Positions 12,996 through 27,708 of a DNA stretch of 64,000 nucleotides are shown piece by piece; position 1 is the first letter of the stretch; the number at the start of each line of letters is the position of its first letter. Position numbers and translations under genes: made by a program. The stretch is from Nymphaea colorata (taxonomy: Eukaryota): positions 124,001 through 188,000 of the forward strand of contig NC_045138.2 of assembly GCF_008831285.2 (NCBI RefSeq), read 5' to 3'. Under the pieces are notes generated by a model. It was not told the origin of the DNA and ran no database searches. It saw only the letters and a list, made by a program, of their open reading frames with translations.

Positions 12996-15900
12996 TCATC
13001 TTTCTCTGTACACGATCTCGTCGTCATCCACATAGTAGGCTGGATTGCATAAGCACCTAAAGAGTCGCCCGATCCTCTGCAGAAAAGAAGAAAGGGAAAG
13101 CATTTATAGAGGATCAATAGCAAAAGATGGTGGTGAAACAGCATTTCACAGTTTTAAAGCAGAAAGGCAAATAAATATCCTGGTGAGAAACCATGCTCCC
13201 CTCGAAAAGCCTGTCTTTGAAGAGTGTATATTTCCTCGTAGTCTAAGTCACATAGGTGCGGGTGCGAATTCCAGGATCCAGATATGGGTATGACAATTTT
13301 AGAAAATGTGAGCACATGGATATGGCAGGGTATATGTGCAAAACATCATAAAAAATTCAAAATAAAAGTAACATTTAAATAAACAAGTACTATAAATAAA
13401 AACAATACATGTTAATGCCAATAACTCTCAAACATAGAATGAAACCTGAGTTAGAAACAAGTTAAACCAAATAAAAGTAAGTAGTTTGGATCACTTTCGA
13501 TCTGAAAAGGAAAAGTATCTAAGTGTGTTCCGCTTTCTCGTGTCAATACGGCGTACTGACATGGGTACGGGAACCATGTTGAAGTACATACGTGACAGCT
13601 CAGAGTACAGTGAGTGAACCTATTCCATGGTCATTGGAAGTCTTGCACTGGTTTCAGTAATTGCAAAAAGGAAAGAAAAGAAGAATTGCAACTTGAAAGC
13701 ATGAACAAGAAAAATTATCAACTGATGAAGCTGATCACATGAATAAGCATTTAGCATGATATGCTTTCTAGATACAAAAAAGTATCATAACATAAACTAA
13801 CTTTGTAACTCTTACACTGCACACACACACACACATATAATGTATTAGTGCATGTCTTTCTGTGTGTGTGTCCATCCTTAACCATGAAGAACACAAATTT
13901 GACTACATCAAGTTTTAGTACGCCACTGCAGCAAAAGTTGAATGCTCTCTTTATTTTCTATTGCATTAGAACCAGGTAGATGTGGTACTTTGAAAGGAGA
14001 AATGCTAAGTAACCATAATATACTACACACCTTTACCAAATTATATCTAATTGTTGCTATGAGATTATCGAACAACCGAGGGAGATAAGCTTTAATGCTT
14101 CTATATGAGACAAAAATGCACCTGGGATATAAAGGGAATTCTACATGGAGCTCTAGGTGATTCATCCTCTGAACTGCACTCGGAACTGGTTTCATCTTCA
14201 TCAACTTTTGGATCGTCCTTCTTAGATGCCTCAGCATGCTGAGCTTTATTTGCACTCTATACGAAAGTAAATGTCAATTTTGGCTTTTCAAAATGAATAA
14301 ATGACCTTATTAGGCCATTTTGCCACAAGCAAATTAATCACAGGTCAGAAAGGAACAAGCAAAATACATCAAAAGTATGTTCGTTTCTTGTCGCATGTGA
14401 GTCTCTGTGGCTCCTCAGCCTGTGGCTGTTGGTCACAGGGCATTCACATGAGCAAAGGTCTCAACTTGCGTTCGAGCTATTTTAAGAATCACAAGCTGCA
14501 TCCTTTTATGTCACTCTGCCTGTGATTCTTCTGTGCTTGTGATCAGGAATCATAGGAAACTTTAAAAGTTTTGGAGTCACAGAAAAAAATAAGCCCTAAA
14601 AATGCTGATGTTCTTTTCTCAGCAAGAAAAATTGAGGATTGACTCCGTATGAATGGGTTATCCTTCCAAACGATGGGGCAAAATGTATTACCTGAAATTC
14701 TCTGCCAAGAATTTTCAGTGCTCTAGCACGAGCAACTAGTTCCTCTTTTTTTACATGGTTTTCCTGCAATACCTAAGAAAGATACAACAAGTGAATACTA
14801 TGTAAATTTACTTTCTTAAAAAGAACTGTAACATACAGTAATTATATTATGGTCAAGGGGGCAATATTTTGGCACGTTAGCTTTCCAAAACTCGAATAAA
14901 TGCAACAAACTGGACTATCATGATCTTGTGGAAATATTGGCACCCTAGAACATAAAACAGTGTTTATATCCAAAAAGAACTAGAGGGTTCAGATGATAAT
15001 AATGAAATATAGCTTTCCTGGTCATATCTTACCTTTTAGAAGTGTGTTTCTAAGAACAAAATTTGTGGCCAGTTTAAGTGAACAAAAACACAATGCAGAT
15101 CAGCTATAGCAACAGTGCTTGGCTACGTAGTCTAAGGAGGCACATACCATCTGACACACGTGCACTAGGGTCACTTCAATATCTGCAACATTTAGCTTCC
15201 AGAGCAAGTTGACCATCTTGTCTTTGTTTAACTGCATGCACGAATCACTGTCATTCTCTGGATTGACACCATCCAAGCTTAATTGCTTCTGAATCTCATC
15301 TTGCAGTTGCAATAATTGAAAGGCACCTAAAAAATTTATTTTCTCAGTACAAGTTATATGTTTAAGCAAATTCCAGTAGAACCAAAATTACATCTTTGTA
15401 CCTTTTGCTGCTGTGAGCTGGGACATCCAGAGATGCCCTTTATGACGGACCCACTCAGCTATAAATGGCACTCTCAAATATATGGCTTTCTTTCCAAGCT
15501 CTTTTGCAGCTTGCCTTACATATATATAGCCAATAGTTTGCAGAATATTTACTCCAAAATCTGTCACCATGTAACACCAAGTATGATCAGTGTCAAGCCA
15601 GTACAGAAGATTATTCTTCAGGACTTAAATTGAAAAGTTTGAGATAATGTTACTTTCATGTTCGAACCTTAGTAAATGGATTGTTTGTAGTATTACTGAC
15701 TTGATTCCTTAGTGGACGAAAAGAAAATTGTAACCTGGAAATAAGGGCATTGAAAAACTGCTTGCTGCAATATTTGGAAAGGGTAGACTAGGATTAGCAG
15801 TTCTCTTCCCACCCTTCTCAATTTTGTAGCTGAGAAATTGAGCTTTATATTTAAGAATTCAAAACCTTTTCAAGAAAGCTCAAGCCCATTTTCAAGAAAG

Positions 15901-18900
15901 CTCAAGCCCATCCATGCCAAAGCCTGTTGAAGGGAAATAACCTTTCTCCTCTCCAATGAAGAAAGAGAAAATGCTACAAAAAAAATGCAACAGTGACACC
16001 TATTTCCCAGTTTTCCATGCTTAACAAATGGAGATCCATCAAGTTTTGTAATTCGACAAGCTTAAAATGCCAAATGATAAATTAAAAAATTTTACCACCA
16101 TAGAAGGGAACCACTTCACACCATGAGATACAGTGCAAGCATGAATAAAAGAAGAAGAAGGAGAGAGAAAGATTCACTGCTGTAACTGAATCAACGACCT
16201 ATAATTTCCATGAAAACAAAAGAACAAAATATGCTTTAGGACTAGAATACAAAAACCCCATTGATTCACCAGCCCATTTTGATGGTTGATAAAATCACCT
16301 GAATTAGCAAGTCTTTCAGCCTCACTCTTAGCCCGTTGTAGAAACCCTTCTTTGTCTCCGTGAACATACTGGTCCACAAAATCCTTCAACTTCCCAGCAA
16401 GCTTCGCCTCCCTTTCTCTTTGGAAAGCCTTCACAGTAGCAAAGTAGCAACATGAAGTTTCATGTAGATAAGAACCTTTCAGGTTACAAAACATAATAAA
16501 TACCCATGCACAAGGGCTCTGTCCAGATTGAAGATGAAAATCATCCCAAGTAAGATCAATTATGATGAAAAATCCAATGCAACTTAGATATATCTGTTGC
16601 TTTCTCAAATTTCTCCCGGCTAATTAGTATCAGGTAGTGAAGTATTTCCACGTTGTTTCACTTCCCATTTTTTAAGTAGACAAAAGATTACAGGTAGATC
16701 TTGGTTTGTGCTCTTAGTAAGTCTTCCATGACTCTAAAAATGATGAAAGTCGCTCCTTATGAGAGCGCACAGAAGAAAAAAAATGAAAAAGGCCATACCT
16801 CGTCTGCATATTCAAGTGGATAAACTAAACGCCGACAAGAAAAAATAGCAAGCTAAGCAATTGCTTGACAAAAAACATGACCTAGGCAAGTTAATAATGT
16901 TTCCGTTCATAGACAGTTAAAATTTGGGAACAAGTATTTTTTTTGTGTTGTTTCAAAATAATCAAATAGAAGAAATATTAGAGAACTCAAGATTATTGAA
17001 GCAATACTTTTTTTAGGACAAACACCATTTCATATATTTCTACATCATAGAATAAACAAAAAATGACTAGAGATTAGTATCAGTATCTGAGAGGGTCTTA
17101 GATTCTCAGAATCGGGTATCAGATATTATGGGAATTGATTCCAGAAAGTGTCAACGCAAACGCGGGTTGAAGTCCAAGAGATCACCTTTTCGCAGATAAA
17201 GCATTCAGGTCAAAGCTGTGTTTTATGTTAATATAAACATCCCATTCCTTTGGAATAAGTTCCTAATCTTATTCCTTCATTGCAATAGTACGCTAATGAA
17301 TATCTACAGGATATCTCCAAATGCAAAGTTATTTCAAAAATTCGCTGGCGTTTACATTAAATATGTCAAAACCATTGACACGAGCATCATTCTTGAGTTT
17401 CTAATCATGGGGCTTTCTCAGGCATTTATCAGAAATTTTGCTTTCCTCATGAAAAATCTCGGAAACTCAAAAAAATTTAAAATAAAAATTGTGAAATTAT
17501 ATGCTTCTACTAATTTTCTTATTAACGGTTCAAAATACTTATAAAATGTGAAAAGAACAAAAAACAGAAAACAAAGGTTTAAAATACATTAGGAAATGGT
17601 TTTCTTTAAGGCGAAAATATTGCGATAATATTGTAAGAAGTATCTTTTTGGCAATACTTCCAACGTATTATACTATATTTTGGCTTTTTTCTTCATTTTT
17701 TTGTCTGTTGTGCCAATATTATCACAATATTAGTGATAGTGGCCTAAACGTAAACATATAAGTGCTCACCTTTAGCCTATCAGGAAGGTTCCCAGGATCC
17801 ATGTTGTCATTGTCGCTAATAATCCCAGAGGATGCCATGGATGCTGTCGCTAGCTGCCCGATATAGTCCTCGAACAGATCACTTCCAAAAAGAAAAGCAA
17901 AAACTGCAGTTGGGTCTAGCATATTATCCCTACAAAAATTAGACCATACATTCAGAAAGTACAAAAAGACAGTCCCATTTATAGATTCTAAGGTGGATTT
18001 TTATGTGTTCAGTGCAAGCCTGTGATAATTGCATAAAGTAAGCATTTATTGGCATTTAGCAACCAGCCAATAATATCAGGAAAGGTACTGATATTTTCAA
18101 CCATTACTGAAAAATCATTATATCCCAGTATTTAGAATGCGGTTAATAAAGAAAGGCCTTTTTTATGTTTTGTGTGTATGTTTTTTACGTTTTGTCTCCT
18201 TTATATTTCAAATTCAAAGTTCAAACCACCTTTAAGATTTTCTTTGTTTATATTTTTACAAGTAAAACTATCACAAAGGCCTACTGTTTCAAGGCTTACC
18301 ATTGTTCGCAATTTTTAACATGTCGTATTTATAAAATCAATTTTAAAAAAGAAAATCCCACAAGAAAACATGGTCAAGAATGACATAGGTGACTATGCAA
18401 GAAAATAGGGTATTATATTAGACCTTCATAAAAACCCAAAAAAGCTAGAGAACTAATTCTCACTTTCCGAAAAGGCACAGGTGCACCAAAAATTAACTAG
18501 AGAGTTGCAGCATATACAGTTCAGGATGTGTCTACACATTGACAAATAGTACTTGCTGGATAATATTTTCTTGTAAAGATTAGAATGACCAACTAACCAT
18601 GATATGATTGATTTTCCATTTTTATCATACGCTTCTCTTTGAACTGGATCACTTAGAACTTGGTAAGCTTCACCTAAAACCTGCAGAGAAGCCAAAAGGT
18701 GGACTCATGATATCATGACAAGTAAAAAAGCAAAAACTTAAAAACATTTAAATAGTACAGCAATCAAATCTTAAATAACGAAGAGAAGCAGATGTCAAAG
18801 ATAATAAATGAGAGAAAGAAGCCAATCAAGCAGAGCAGTCCATAATTACATGCATGCACGTGCAATGGCTGTTGTTATCAACAGCTCTGCATCTTGTGGT

Positions 18901-21095
18901 CATCTTAATCAATCATTTATGTTTACTTTACTTTGTATTTGGACGAAAAGCAGTCATTCGATGCAGAACGTCTAAACATTCTACTGAGACCAACCTGCCT
19001 TCCAGAGATTGACTACTGCTTCCAAAATTTTTCACTGGAGTTTAACATGGATCAATGTTCAGAACACTCAGCTGGCGCATGGATTCACTCACTCAAGGAC
19101 TGGAGCCTAGGCCAACATGGCATGACGAGACAAATTTTCTTTTATGGAAGCTACTGCTGAAATGAAACTGAGTTATTGTATCAATCAGATGGAAGGCTAG
19201 AGAGGCAGAAGTATGCTTCCTACAAAAGGTAATGCCAATGAAAGTGCAGAAGCTGACTTGTCAATTTGAAAATTTTCCAGTTATAAAGTAGCTTGGTGTT
19301 GTAATGAAGAAAATATTTCAACAATCAAAATAAGAAGTGCCATACAACGATAACGCAGAACCTGACTTTCTCTTTTAAATATTTTGAGAACATGAGTGTC
19401 CAATTATAATATAACTTAATTTTCTAGAAGAGGAATTCAAGTAGAGGTATCTTTATTAGAAATAGGAATTCAATTCTGACTTCACTCACTTCAGAAATAA
19501 TCGCATTAGCAAGCATACTGAACATACAAGGCAATTATGCTTAACTGAAATAAATCCCAAGTTTTTCATTCTATACTTGCCTGGAATCTCTTGGCAGCTT
19601 CAGGATCATTTAGATTCTTATCAGGATGAACTTGTCTTGCCTGCAGCATGATTACAATTAAAAATATTAGAGCATAGATAAGTATTTTGGCCCATTATAC
19701 CATATTGTTAATGACTGAAATGATCTAGCAGAAAAACAGGTCCTTCTAAGATCAGGAAGTGTGAATAGAAGGAATGCAGCATGATCAGAAGTGCAACTTG
19801 TCATGCCTGCAGCATGATTACGACTTACACTAGGGAATATCATAGACACAGATTCGATAAATTTTTCAGCCTATTACATCATATTTTTCACGACTGAAAT
19901 AAGTTAAAAAAATATAAATTAACACTGAACAAGTTACTGAAAATCAGGAAATATGTTAATGATAGACGGAATCCAGTATAATTAGGACTGCAGCGTCTGA
20001 TTTTCGGCTGTACAGTGTTTGAATCTCTATGTATTAAAAGGTACGTTTTCAAATTTGCAATCAAATTGCAACTGTAAGTATAATAGAATAACTACATGAA
20101 TTTTCAGGAAACCAACATAAGCTGGGTTCAATAAAAGCACTGAAAAGAATATGAGTGACAAGATTATGAACTGCCGTGACAGGATAACCACAAAAGAAGA
20201 AAGGGCAAGCACAGATTTGAGAACATTCAAAGGCTTAGCCAATATCACATACTCTACATTAGTTTCGTTGTTATGAAACAACCACCAAAGAAAATCGATG
20301 ACAGACAGCAAATTGGAGCTTAGAAACAGGGACAATTTCCAATATGGAGAGATGTTCAGTATATGAAGAGGTATAAGTGAATAATTTGACATTAGTCAGT
20401 GAAAACATTCTAGAATTTTATGCAATTTATGTTCTCTAAAACGTGAGGCAGTCCTTCTCCAATAAGAGTCACATTGCCTAAGTATTGCATAAAAGAAGGA
20501 CGAAACATAATAACGGAAATGCAGAAATGATACAGTCGCCATAAATTCATCTAACCTAAACTGCTAAATAGAGGACTCATCGAAGGTATATTAAAAAAAA
20601 TTAACTCCAAGAAAGCCGTATGAGTGCCTCAATTCTGTGCCAAAAGTTTATGACTCCCAAACTCCAAAGAAATCAAACAAATGTATCAGGTAATAATAGA
20701 TATGGAAAGTCCAGAAATCAACCAGTTCTTCTGCAACTACAGCCAATATAAAGCAATCCATCAACCAAAGACATGCTAGAATCTACAAGTCAGAAAAAAC
20801 TCCAGCATGTCAGCCAAATCCTTTAAAACGTTAATCCATCGGAGAAACCAAAAAACAATTCCAAGAAAAGGAAAGAAAGTCACAATAGCGAAGAAACAAA
20901 CATATAGTACAGCCCTACAGATACTTCAGCCTCCCTGCGGCACCACAAACTGAAATCATGAGCAAATAACAACAAGAAGAGGCAAACTACCAGAATCCTG
21001 ACCTTTAAATAGTACGCCTTCTTGATCTCAACCCCTGACGCCGACGGACTCACTCCGAGAACGTCGTAATACTCCATGTCCTTCACCGTCTCCAT
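12996..21095 (-). CDS. DnaJ-domain + X-domain co-chaperone (chaperone protein dnaJ 10-like); exons 21095-21003, 19640-19581, 18680-18598, 17929-17770, 16428-16299, 15560-15402, 15326-15148, 14772-14692, 14256-14122, 13076-12996 (1161 nt, 386 aa)
   Basis: J-domain EYYDVLGV...[17 protein letters not shown]...[14 protein letters not shown] with intact HPD, X-domain motifs ([46 protein letters not shown]) and C-terminus [26 protein letters not shown]. All exon phases join in frame; intron 2 is GC-AG. Confidence 0.93.
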
Positions 21096-21457
21096 TTCTC
21101 CTATTAATTCACCTTACCTTCGTGTCTTCCACCGGAATTTCCTCCGGCGCCAAATATAGTCCAGCTCTCGCCACACGCAGCCGGAGTAGGCCGAATTTGG
21201 GCGACACTTCGAAATCCACCCTAACTTCCGACAGATCCACCGGATCCGCCCTGATTCTTCACTGGGCGAGATCAAGAACGTCGCAATCGTCCGATCGAGG
21301 AAGGGGAATAAACAAAAGGGAGAAGAAAGGGGAGGGATGGGCATGGTGGCCAGCGATCGCCTTTTGCCAGATCGTCACCCTTTTTTCTGAATAAAAATTT
21401 ATCTGATCGCTGTCTGCTTTTTCTGTAAAGGCCCTCGCAGCCAAAAGGCGTTCTCAG

Positions 21458-21464
21458 TTTTATA
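21458..21464 (-). promoter_or_regulatory. Candidate TATA box of the DnaJ gene
   Basis: TATAAAA on minus strand, upstream of a pyrimidine/GC-rich leader, about 360 nt before the ATG. Confidence 0.4.
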
Positions 21465-22232
21465 GCTGTCTCCTTCCCCCGCCCCTCTCCCGCGGACATG
21501 GGAGCCAACGGGAGAGGAGCCGCAGTGAAACCGTTGTATCACTCTAGGCTGGTGATACTTAATCTTAGCCATTGGAACTGTGAGATCGACGGCTGCGATT
21601 CGGTATCAGTGGACTCTGGTGATACGAGATATCTGGCGCGCAACTCCCCGCCGTTTGCGTGGGAAAGGCAACGGTATAAACAAATTTAAAAATGAGGGAA
21701 TTACTAAAATGTGCTCCAATGTTTGGTAATAGGACGAAACTGGCTTCCGTTGACTGGGTCTTCCAAGTTTCGCGTTGAGTTCGGACTATCTTGTAATAAC
21801 ATTTCAAATTTTACAATCAGAATAAGGTGCTCTAATCGCATTATTAATTTTTCAATTAGTTGAATTTTTAATATATTTTAAAATTGAAAATATGCTAATA
21901 TATTTTTCATTTATTTTATAATGTTGTGGTAGTGTGTCAAGAATGCCTATCAGTAGCGATTAAAAACTATGTGTATAAATTGTTTCTTGTTTATCAAACT
22001 GGTTAACACTATTTAACATGATTTATTTGATAGGAAACATTTCTTCAATCGTTTTCTTGGACATATAGATGCATTTTCCGATCATAAAATTCCATACATT
22101 TTAAGCGGTTCAAACATTACAACAGACGCGCAGTCACGATCAAAACCTTCAATAAATCATTATACATAGGATTTGTGGATTTTTACTGTCAGTCCATGAT
22201 ATTCATACATACAGCCCAATGTAATGAGCTCC

Positions 22233-22263
<31 letters not shown>

Positions 22264-23287
22264 GGTTGTAGAGAAACTAAAATTTATATATAAGAACAAT
22301 GGTTTTTTGTAAAGTTTGAATAGATATAACTCATATTTTTTGGAGGTCGTCCGAGCTACATATGGGCTGGTGGGCAACTGTCCCCCCAGTAGCCCTTCAA
22401 CATTTTTTTTTCATTTTCAATTAATATTTTCAAATGTTTGGCTTGTTATGGCCCTACATATACAAAATCTGTGAAAAGTACCCAGTCCAACAAATTTTTT
22501 TGGCTCAGGCCACTGGCAGTGCAGAGCCATATCATAGTCGCTGTGGGCAACTGCCCACACCAGCTGCACAAAGTTTGTTTAAGTTTACGTTAATGCTTTG
22601 ATGTATTCGATTGTCTATATACAGAAGTGCTCTTAAAGAACTAAAGATATTGAATTAGTGCTCCTCCAGTCAAAATTTATGCACCGCTAGTGGTTGGGGT
22701 CTCGAAGATAGATCTGGCTAACTTTTGGGGTGCCCTTGATGTATTTCTATTAGTTGAACTTGTTGAGGTTATCAGTGTTGCTCTGGGCTTGCACTTGGTT
22801 TAATGGTTTTCTTTTTACAAATTATAACTTGGTTTGAGTTTTGAAATCCACATCAACTTTTAAGTGAGTAGGATGTTAACAATCCACCACTCTTGGAAAG
22901 ACCTAAGTGGAGTATAGTACACCCTTCAACTTGAATGTTGTGATCTCATCTTTTATCGTTCAAGAACGTAGCACTCACAAGAATTGAACAAGCGACATGC
23001 TTTTTGCACACCCACCTGTCCAACCAGCTATATTACACCACTCTATGCAATAAATTGTTGTCCACTTAACATCGGTAAGTTATGAGGGAAAACATTAAAG
23101 GAAACTCCACTACTGAACTATAGTTAAAAGTACTTGAGATCAAAGAAAAAAGTACAAGGTGTTGTAAAGCACCCTCCAACAAGGTGTTGTAAAGCACCCT
23201 CCAACTTTGTCATTTCTTTATCCTTGTAGATTTAGCTGTCTACAACATGCTTCTATCCCTCCATAATCATTTAGTGCACATCTCTCT

Positions 23288-23344
<57 letters not shown>

Positions 23345-23955
23345 TGAGACAGACCTGACCTATGATCGCTAAGCTTTAAATCTTGAGGGAGAAGCCGGAA
23401 AAAAAGTTAAACTGAATGATATGTTAAAATCCTTGGAGAATTGAGTGTAAACAAGAAATATGTTTACTAATTCTTAGGTATTCAAACTTGGAGTTGATAT
23501 CTGTGCAGTCAGATTTGAAAATATGACACACTTTTTGAGATATTCAGCTGGAAACTCAAGTGTACGTGACAATTTCCTCTAGATGATATAATATTGAGAA
23601 GTGGCTCCGAGCTAAATATGCCAAACTCAACCTTTTCTTCTTAAAAGAAAAATGCTGAGTGGCGAAGCAAACATGTGAACTCTAGACCTGGTGAATTGAA
23701 TATTTCAAAAAAAAAAAGTTGTTTAAAAAGAAAAAAAAAAGATTAGATTGTTTCTTTATATGATGCTAACAAACTTTGAATTTTGAACTCCTTTTATAAG
23801 AACTGGCGCAATGGATGAGGCAAGAGCTGTAGACGACCAGTCTTTGTTTTGAACTCGTGGTAACAATTCCCTATGCTACAAAAAAAAGCTTTTTGTTTTT
23901 GGTGGTTGAAACATAATGGGGCATCACTCGAGACATCAAAAGCAGCCCTAAACTA

Positions 23956-24141
23956 AGGGGCCAAGCCAGAAATTTTTACAAAGAGGGCCGAATTAAAGTT
24001 TTTAAATTTTGACATAGGCTAAAATATCATTTTTTAAAATTTTTATATAGAATAATTAAAATTTTCTAAAATTTACATGAAATTTAAAAAAAAAAATTGA
24101 GGTGGGGTCAGGGCCCATGCGGCTCCCTTGGCTCCGCCCCT
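23956..24141. mobile_element. MITE family A (AGGGGCGGAGCC-type TIR, AT-rich core), hAT-like
   Basis: Ends AGGGGCCAAGCC / GGCTCCGCCCCT. Core GCCGAATTAAAGTTTTTAAATTTTGAC...GAGGTGGGG is shared with many copies in the window. Confidence 0.75.
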
Positions 24142-25713
24142 ACCTAAACCCTAGGAACATGGGGATAAGCTTTCACTCAAGCAGTGGGATTAACCTCCCG
24201 CCCACCAGAACTTTGAGCTTGTTTGTTGTAAAAAAGGGTACAAGAGGTTCGAAGAGATTTTGGATTTGGATGTTTTGGGTAACCATGCTCATTTAACAAC
24301 TACAGTTTGGTGATATGCAGAGGACTGAGGTCTGCAAACTTGGGCCCTGCCGACATGATACTGATCGTGCTAAGGTCATTCAGAAGCTTTTGATACAAGA
24401 ACATTGTGTTTTTAGAACACATGTTTCTATCACATACACATTTCTATGTCTAAAAACTACGCCATGAATTTGTTGATCTAAATCACCTTGTGATTTCGTC
24501 AGGCATTTATTTGTTCGATCTAAGAACAACATTCATAGTCATGCCATGTTTTTTCCAATATATGTTTTAAGGACATGTCTGAACACATTGTTCTTAGCCT
24601 TCTTATTATGAACATGTCTGAACGCATTGTTCGTAGCCTTCTTAAAGCGTAACTTTCATTAGGCTTGGCTTGGAACGGGCTCAATTCAAGATGGGTCATG
24701 CAGTCATAACTTGTTCACGTTTTGAACCCAGAAGCAAGACCAGTGGTGAAGCTAGGTGTAGGCTTGTGTGGGCAGTTGCCCATACTGACCCATATTTATT
24801 ATATTTTACATATTAGGTCCCCAGCATGCAATTAAAAAATAAGTAACCTATAAAAGTTTAAAAGGAAATAAAACAGAAACGGAAACGTGAACACTTTCAG
24901 GTGTGTACTCTATTTTTTATGAGAGAACTCAGGGGCGTTTGCTTTCCTGGGATCTAGATCTCAGATCCCAAGATATTTGAGTCAGACCCCGTTCCATCTG
25001 ATCTCGAGATTTTGGCCACATACTAGTATTTCAAATCCTCATTATTATGTAGATCTGAAATCCACTGTTGGTTTACCCTGTAGACCTCACATGGTAATGA
25101 GCAAGCTAGTACTCACCATTGGGTAAAAACGAAGATCTGAAATCCTCTGTATGTGGCCAAAGCCAAAACGTTGGATCTGAAGCTGGATTTGGGGACAGGA
25201 TGCATGATTTTAAATCCACAGATCTGGAAGATGAAAAATGGCCCCTAAAGGGGATCGAAGACAGGAAACTTGAATTGTTTAAGAGTGTGTTTGTTTCACT
25301 GCAGATGTCATCTGAGATCAAGAGGATCTCAAATCTATAAAGCAGCTACAAACACAAGCAAATGAACTCACGGAGTGCGTTGGCCTCCTCATGGAGTTCT
25401 GGTTAGGTTGGACATCCTCCCCATCCAACTTTAAATCCATGGTTTTTAACACGTAATATAGGTTTAAGATCCACAATGTCAAGATCCTCAATTTGTTTAA
25501 ACTGAAGATCATATAGTGCACATCTTTCAATGCAGTCTCGAATATGAGAACCAAAGCTATCAAGCACTAGCTAATGGATTTTTTTACTATTAAAAAACAT
25601 TATTTAAGTAAGAAAACAACTAGCTTAATATATGTTTCTCATCAAATCGCTCTTAAGATCATATCCATAAGGTTAGAGTTCAAAAAAAATATTTTAATAA
25701 TTAATTTCAATAG

Positions 25714-25958
<245 letters not shown>

Positions 25959-26539
25959 ATTGTGAAGTTGCTAGTCCCAACTTTGATTAATAATAGGGAA
26001 TGGCAGCCCTCTCTCCTAGAGGGTTGCACCCGAAGATGCTAGTCCCAAATACAAGAAGAACGACACCACATGTCTATCATTATCAACCTAGCTCCTACTA
26101 GTCTAACAAATGAACAGATTTTCTCTTCACCTCTGAGATTACCAGACATTACTCACCCTAAAAAGAAAAGAAATGGATGTCATTTGCCAATCTCTCCAAA
26201 AGCTACATGATACATTCATAAGTCACCTTGCCAATTATCATCATGGGCAGAGGCAGAAATTTTTCACTAGGGGGCCGAACTATAGTTTCAAAATTTTGAC
26301 AGTGCTGAAATATAATTGTTTAAAATTTGTATATAAGCCATGTGAGAAGTACCTGAGTTTTCGTAATAGAATTCACACTTGTGGACACAATTCAACTCTT
26401 AAATCAAAGAGACCTATTAGATATAATACACAAGTAAGATCCATAGAAAGGTATAAGCCCATACACATCACAAGGCAGTAAACAAGGACAAACCTTCACA
26501 CCGATAGAAAACCTGGAAACTTACAAATAAATCTCTTAT

Positions 26540-27708
26540 CGTCATGCAAGTTGAGATATAAATTCCACCCACCTGGCAATAGTAAGCATACACTTCTCCA
26601 AAAGAAACTACAAGAATTGTGTATACGCACCTACAATCAGACATAAAGTAAAGTAGATCAATTTAACAATGTGCTCAGACTAAAAAAGGCAACCTATGGA
26701 TCCAAACAATCCCCTCAAGCTTGAGGTACTGATCTTCATACGACACTTGAAAAAATAGCATTCAAAAAATTAGCTTCCTATTCATCAAAAAAGTACAATG
26801 ACCATTGGCAAAGGTTCCGACCATTTTTGGTGTTATGAAAATTATTGGATACAGAAAAGGAGCCAATCCATGTGATGGACACCTACTTAAACAGATTTGG
26901 CATCAAAGACCTATAGCAATTGATTAGATTCTTTGTGGAAAAAGAAGTTTTACACTAAAATGGAGGCTCTTCTTGACTTCGATGAATAAGCTTTTGACAT
27001 CTTGAAGAATATTGGGGTACATGGCAGTGAGCTAGTTGATACTCCAATTGATGAAAAAAGGTAAGAATGGCTAGCAGGAAGACTCCTATCCCTTACAGTC
27101 AAGGCCTGACCTTTGTCTTTGTAGTTGGGATAGCCAATCAAGCCAGGTATGATCTTAATGAATATCATACGACCCTTGTAAACCAAATTCTCATGCATGT
27201 ATAGAATCCCTTCAAGGCAGAGAATGCCCTTAATAATACTAGTGCATAATAAAAATTGAATGCAACTTAGTCGCAAACTGAGCTAATCAACTCCACATGG
27301 AATCTGTGCAGTGGCTTCTAGAATTATACGAACCCACTTGGGTAAGGTCACTCATTATTGAAGTGGGTCTAAATGTTGAATTACCTCTTAAAGCGTACTA
27401 TGACGGTCAGAATCATATCTGCATTATAATGAACTCAGTTTACCATGATAACTAAACACAACCCCAAAAAGAAAGAGAAAATAAAATACAAGTAACTTGC
27501 TTATGTACTACCTAATGGAATTGCGAAGAGTCAATAAGAAGAATTCTCAAGCATCCATGCCTCACTCGAGGGGGGAGTTCTTCTCAGTGGTGTATCAATA
27601 TCTTGCTACCAATGTTCGATTGAGCCTTTCCTTACCAAGGGAGATACCAAATAGTACCTTCTTGAGACCATATACTGTTGTATCTACCTGCTGTTCTAGC
27701 TTCCTAAT
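26540..27708 (+). mobile_element. Older, highly degraded Ty1/copia relic (RT-RNase H-PPT-start of LTR)
   Basis: LKKATYGSKQSPQA* at about 26680-26724 (cf. LKKxLYGLKQxPRAW), FGIKDL at about 26896, LVDTPID at about 27032, TWVRSLIIEVGLNVELPLKAYYDGQNHICIIMNSVYHD at 27336-27449 (copia RNase H), PPT-like GAGGGGGGAG at about 27568. Confidence 0.75.
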
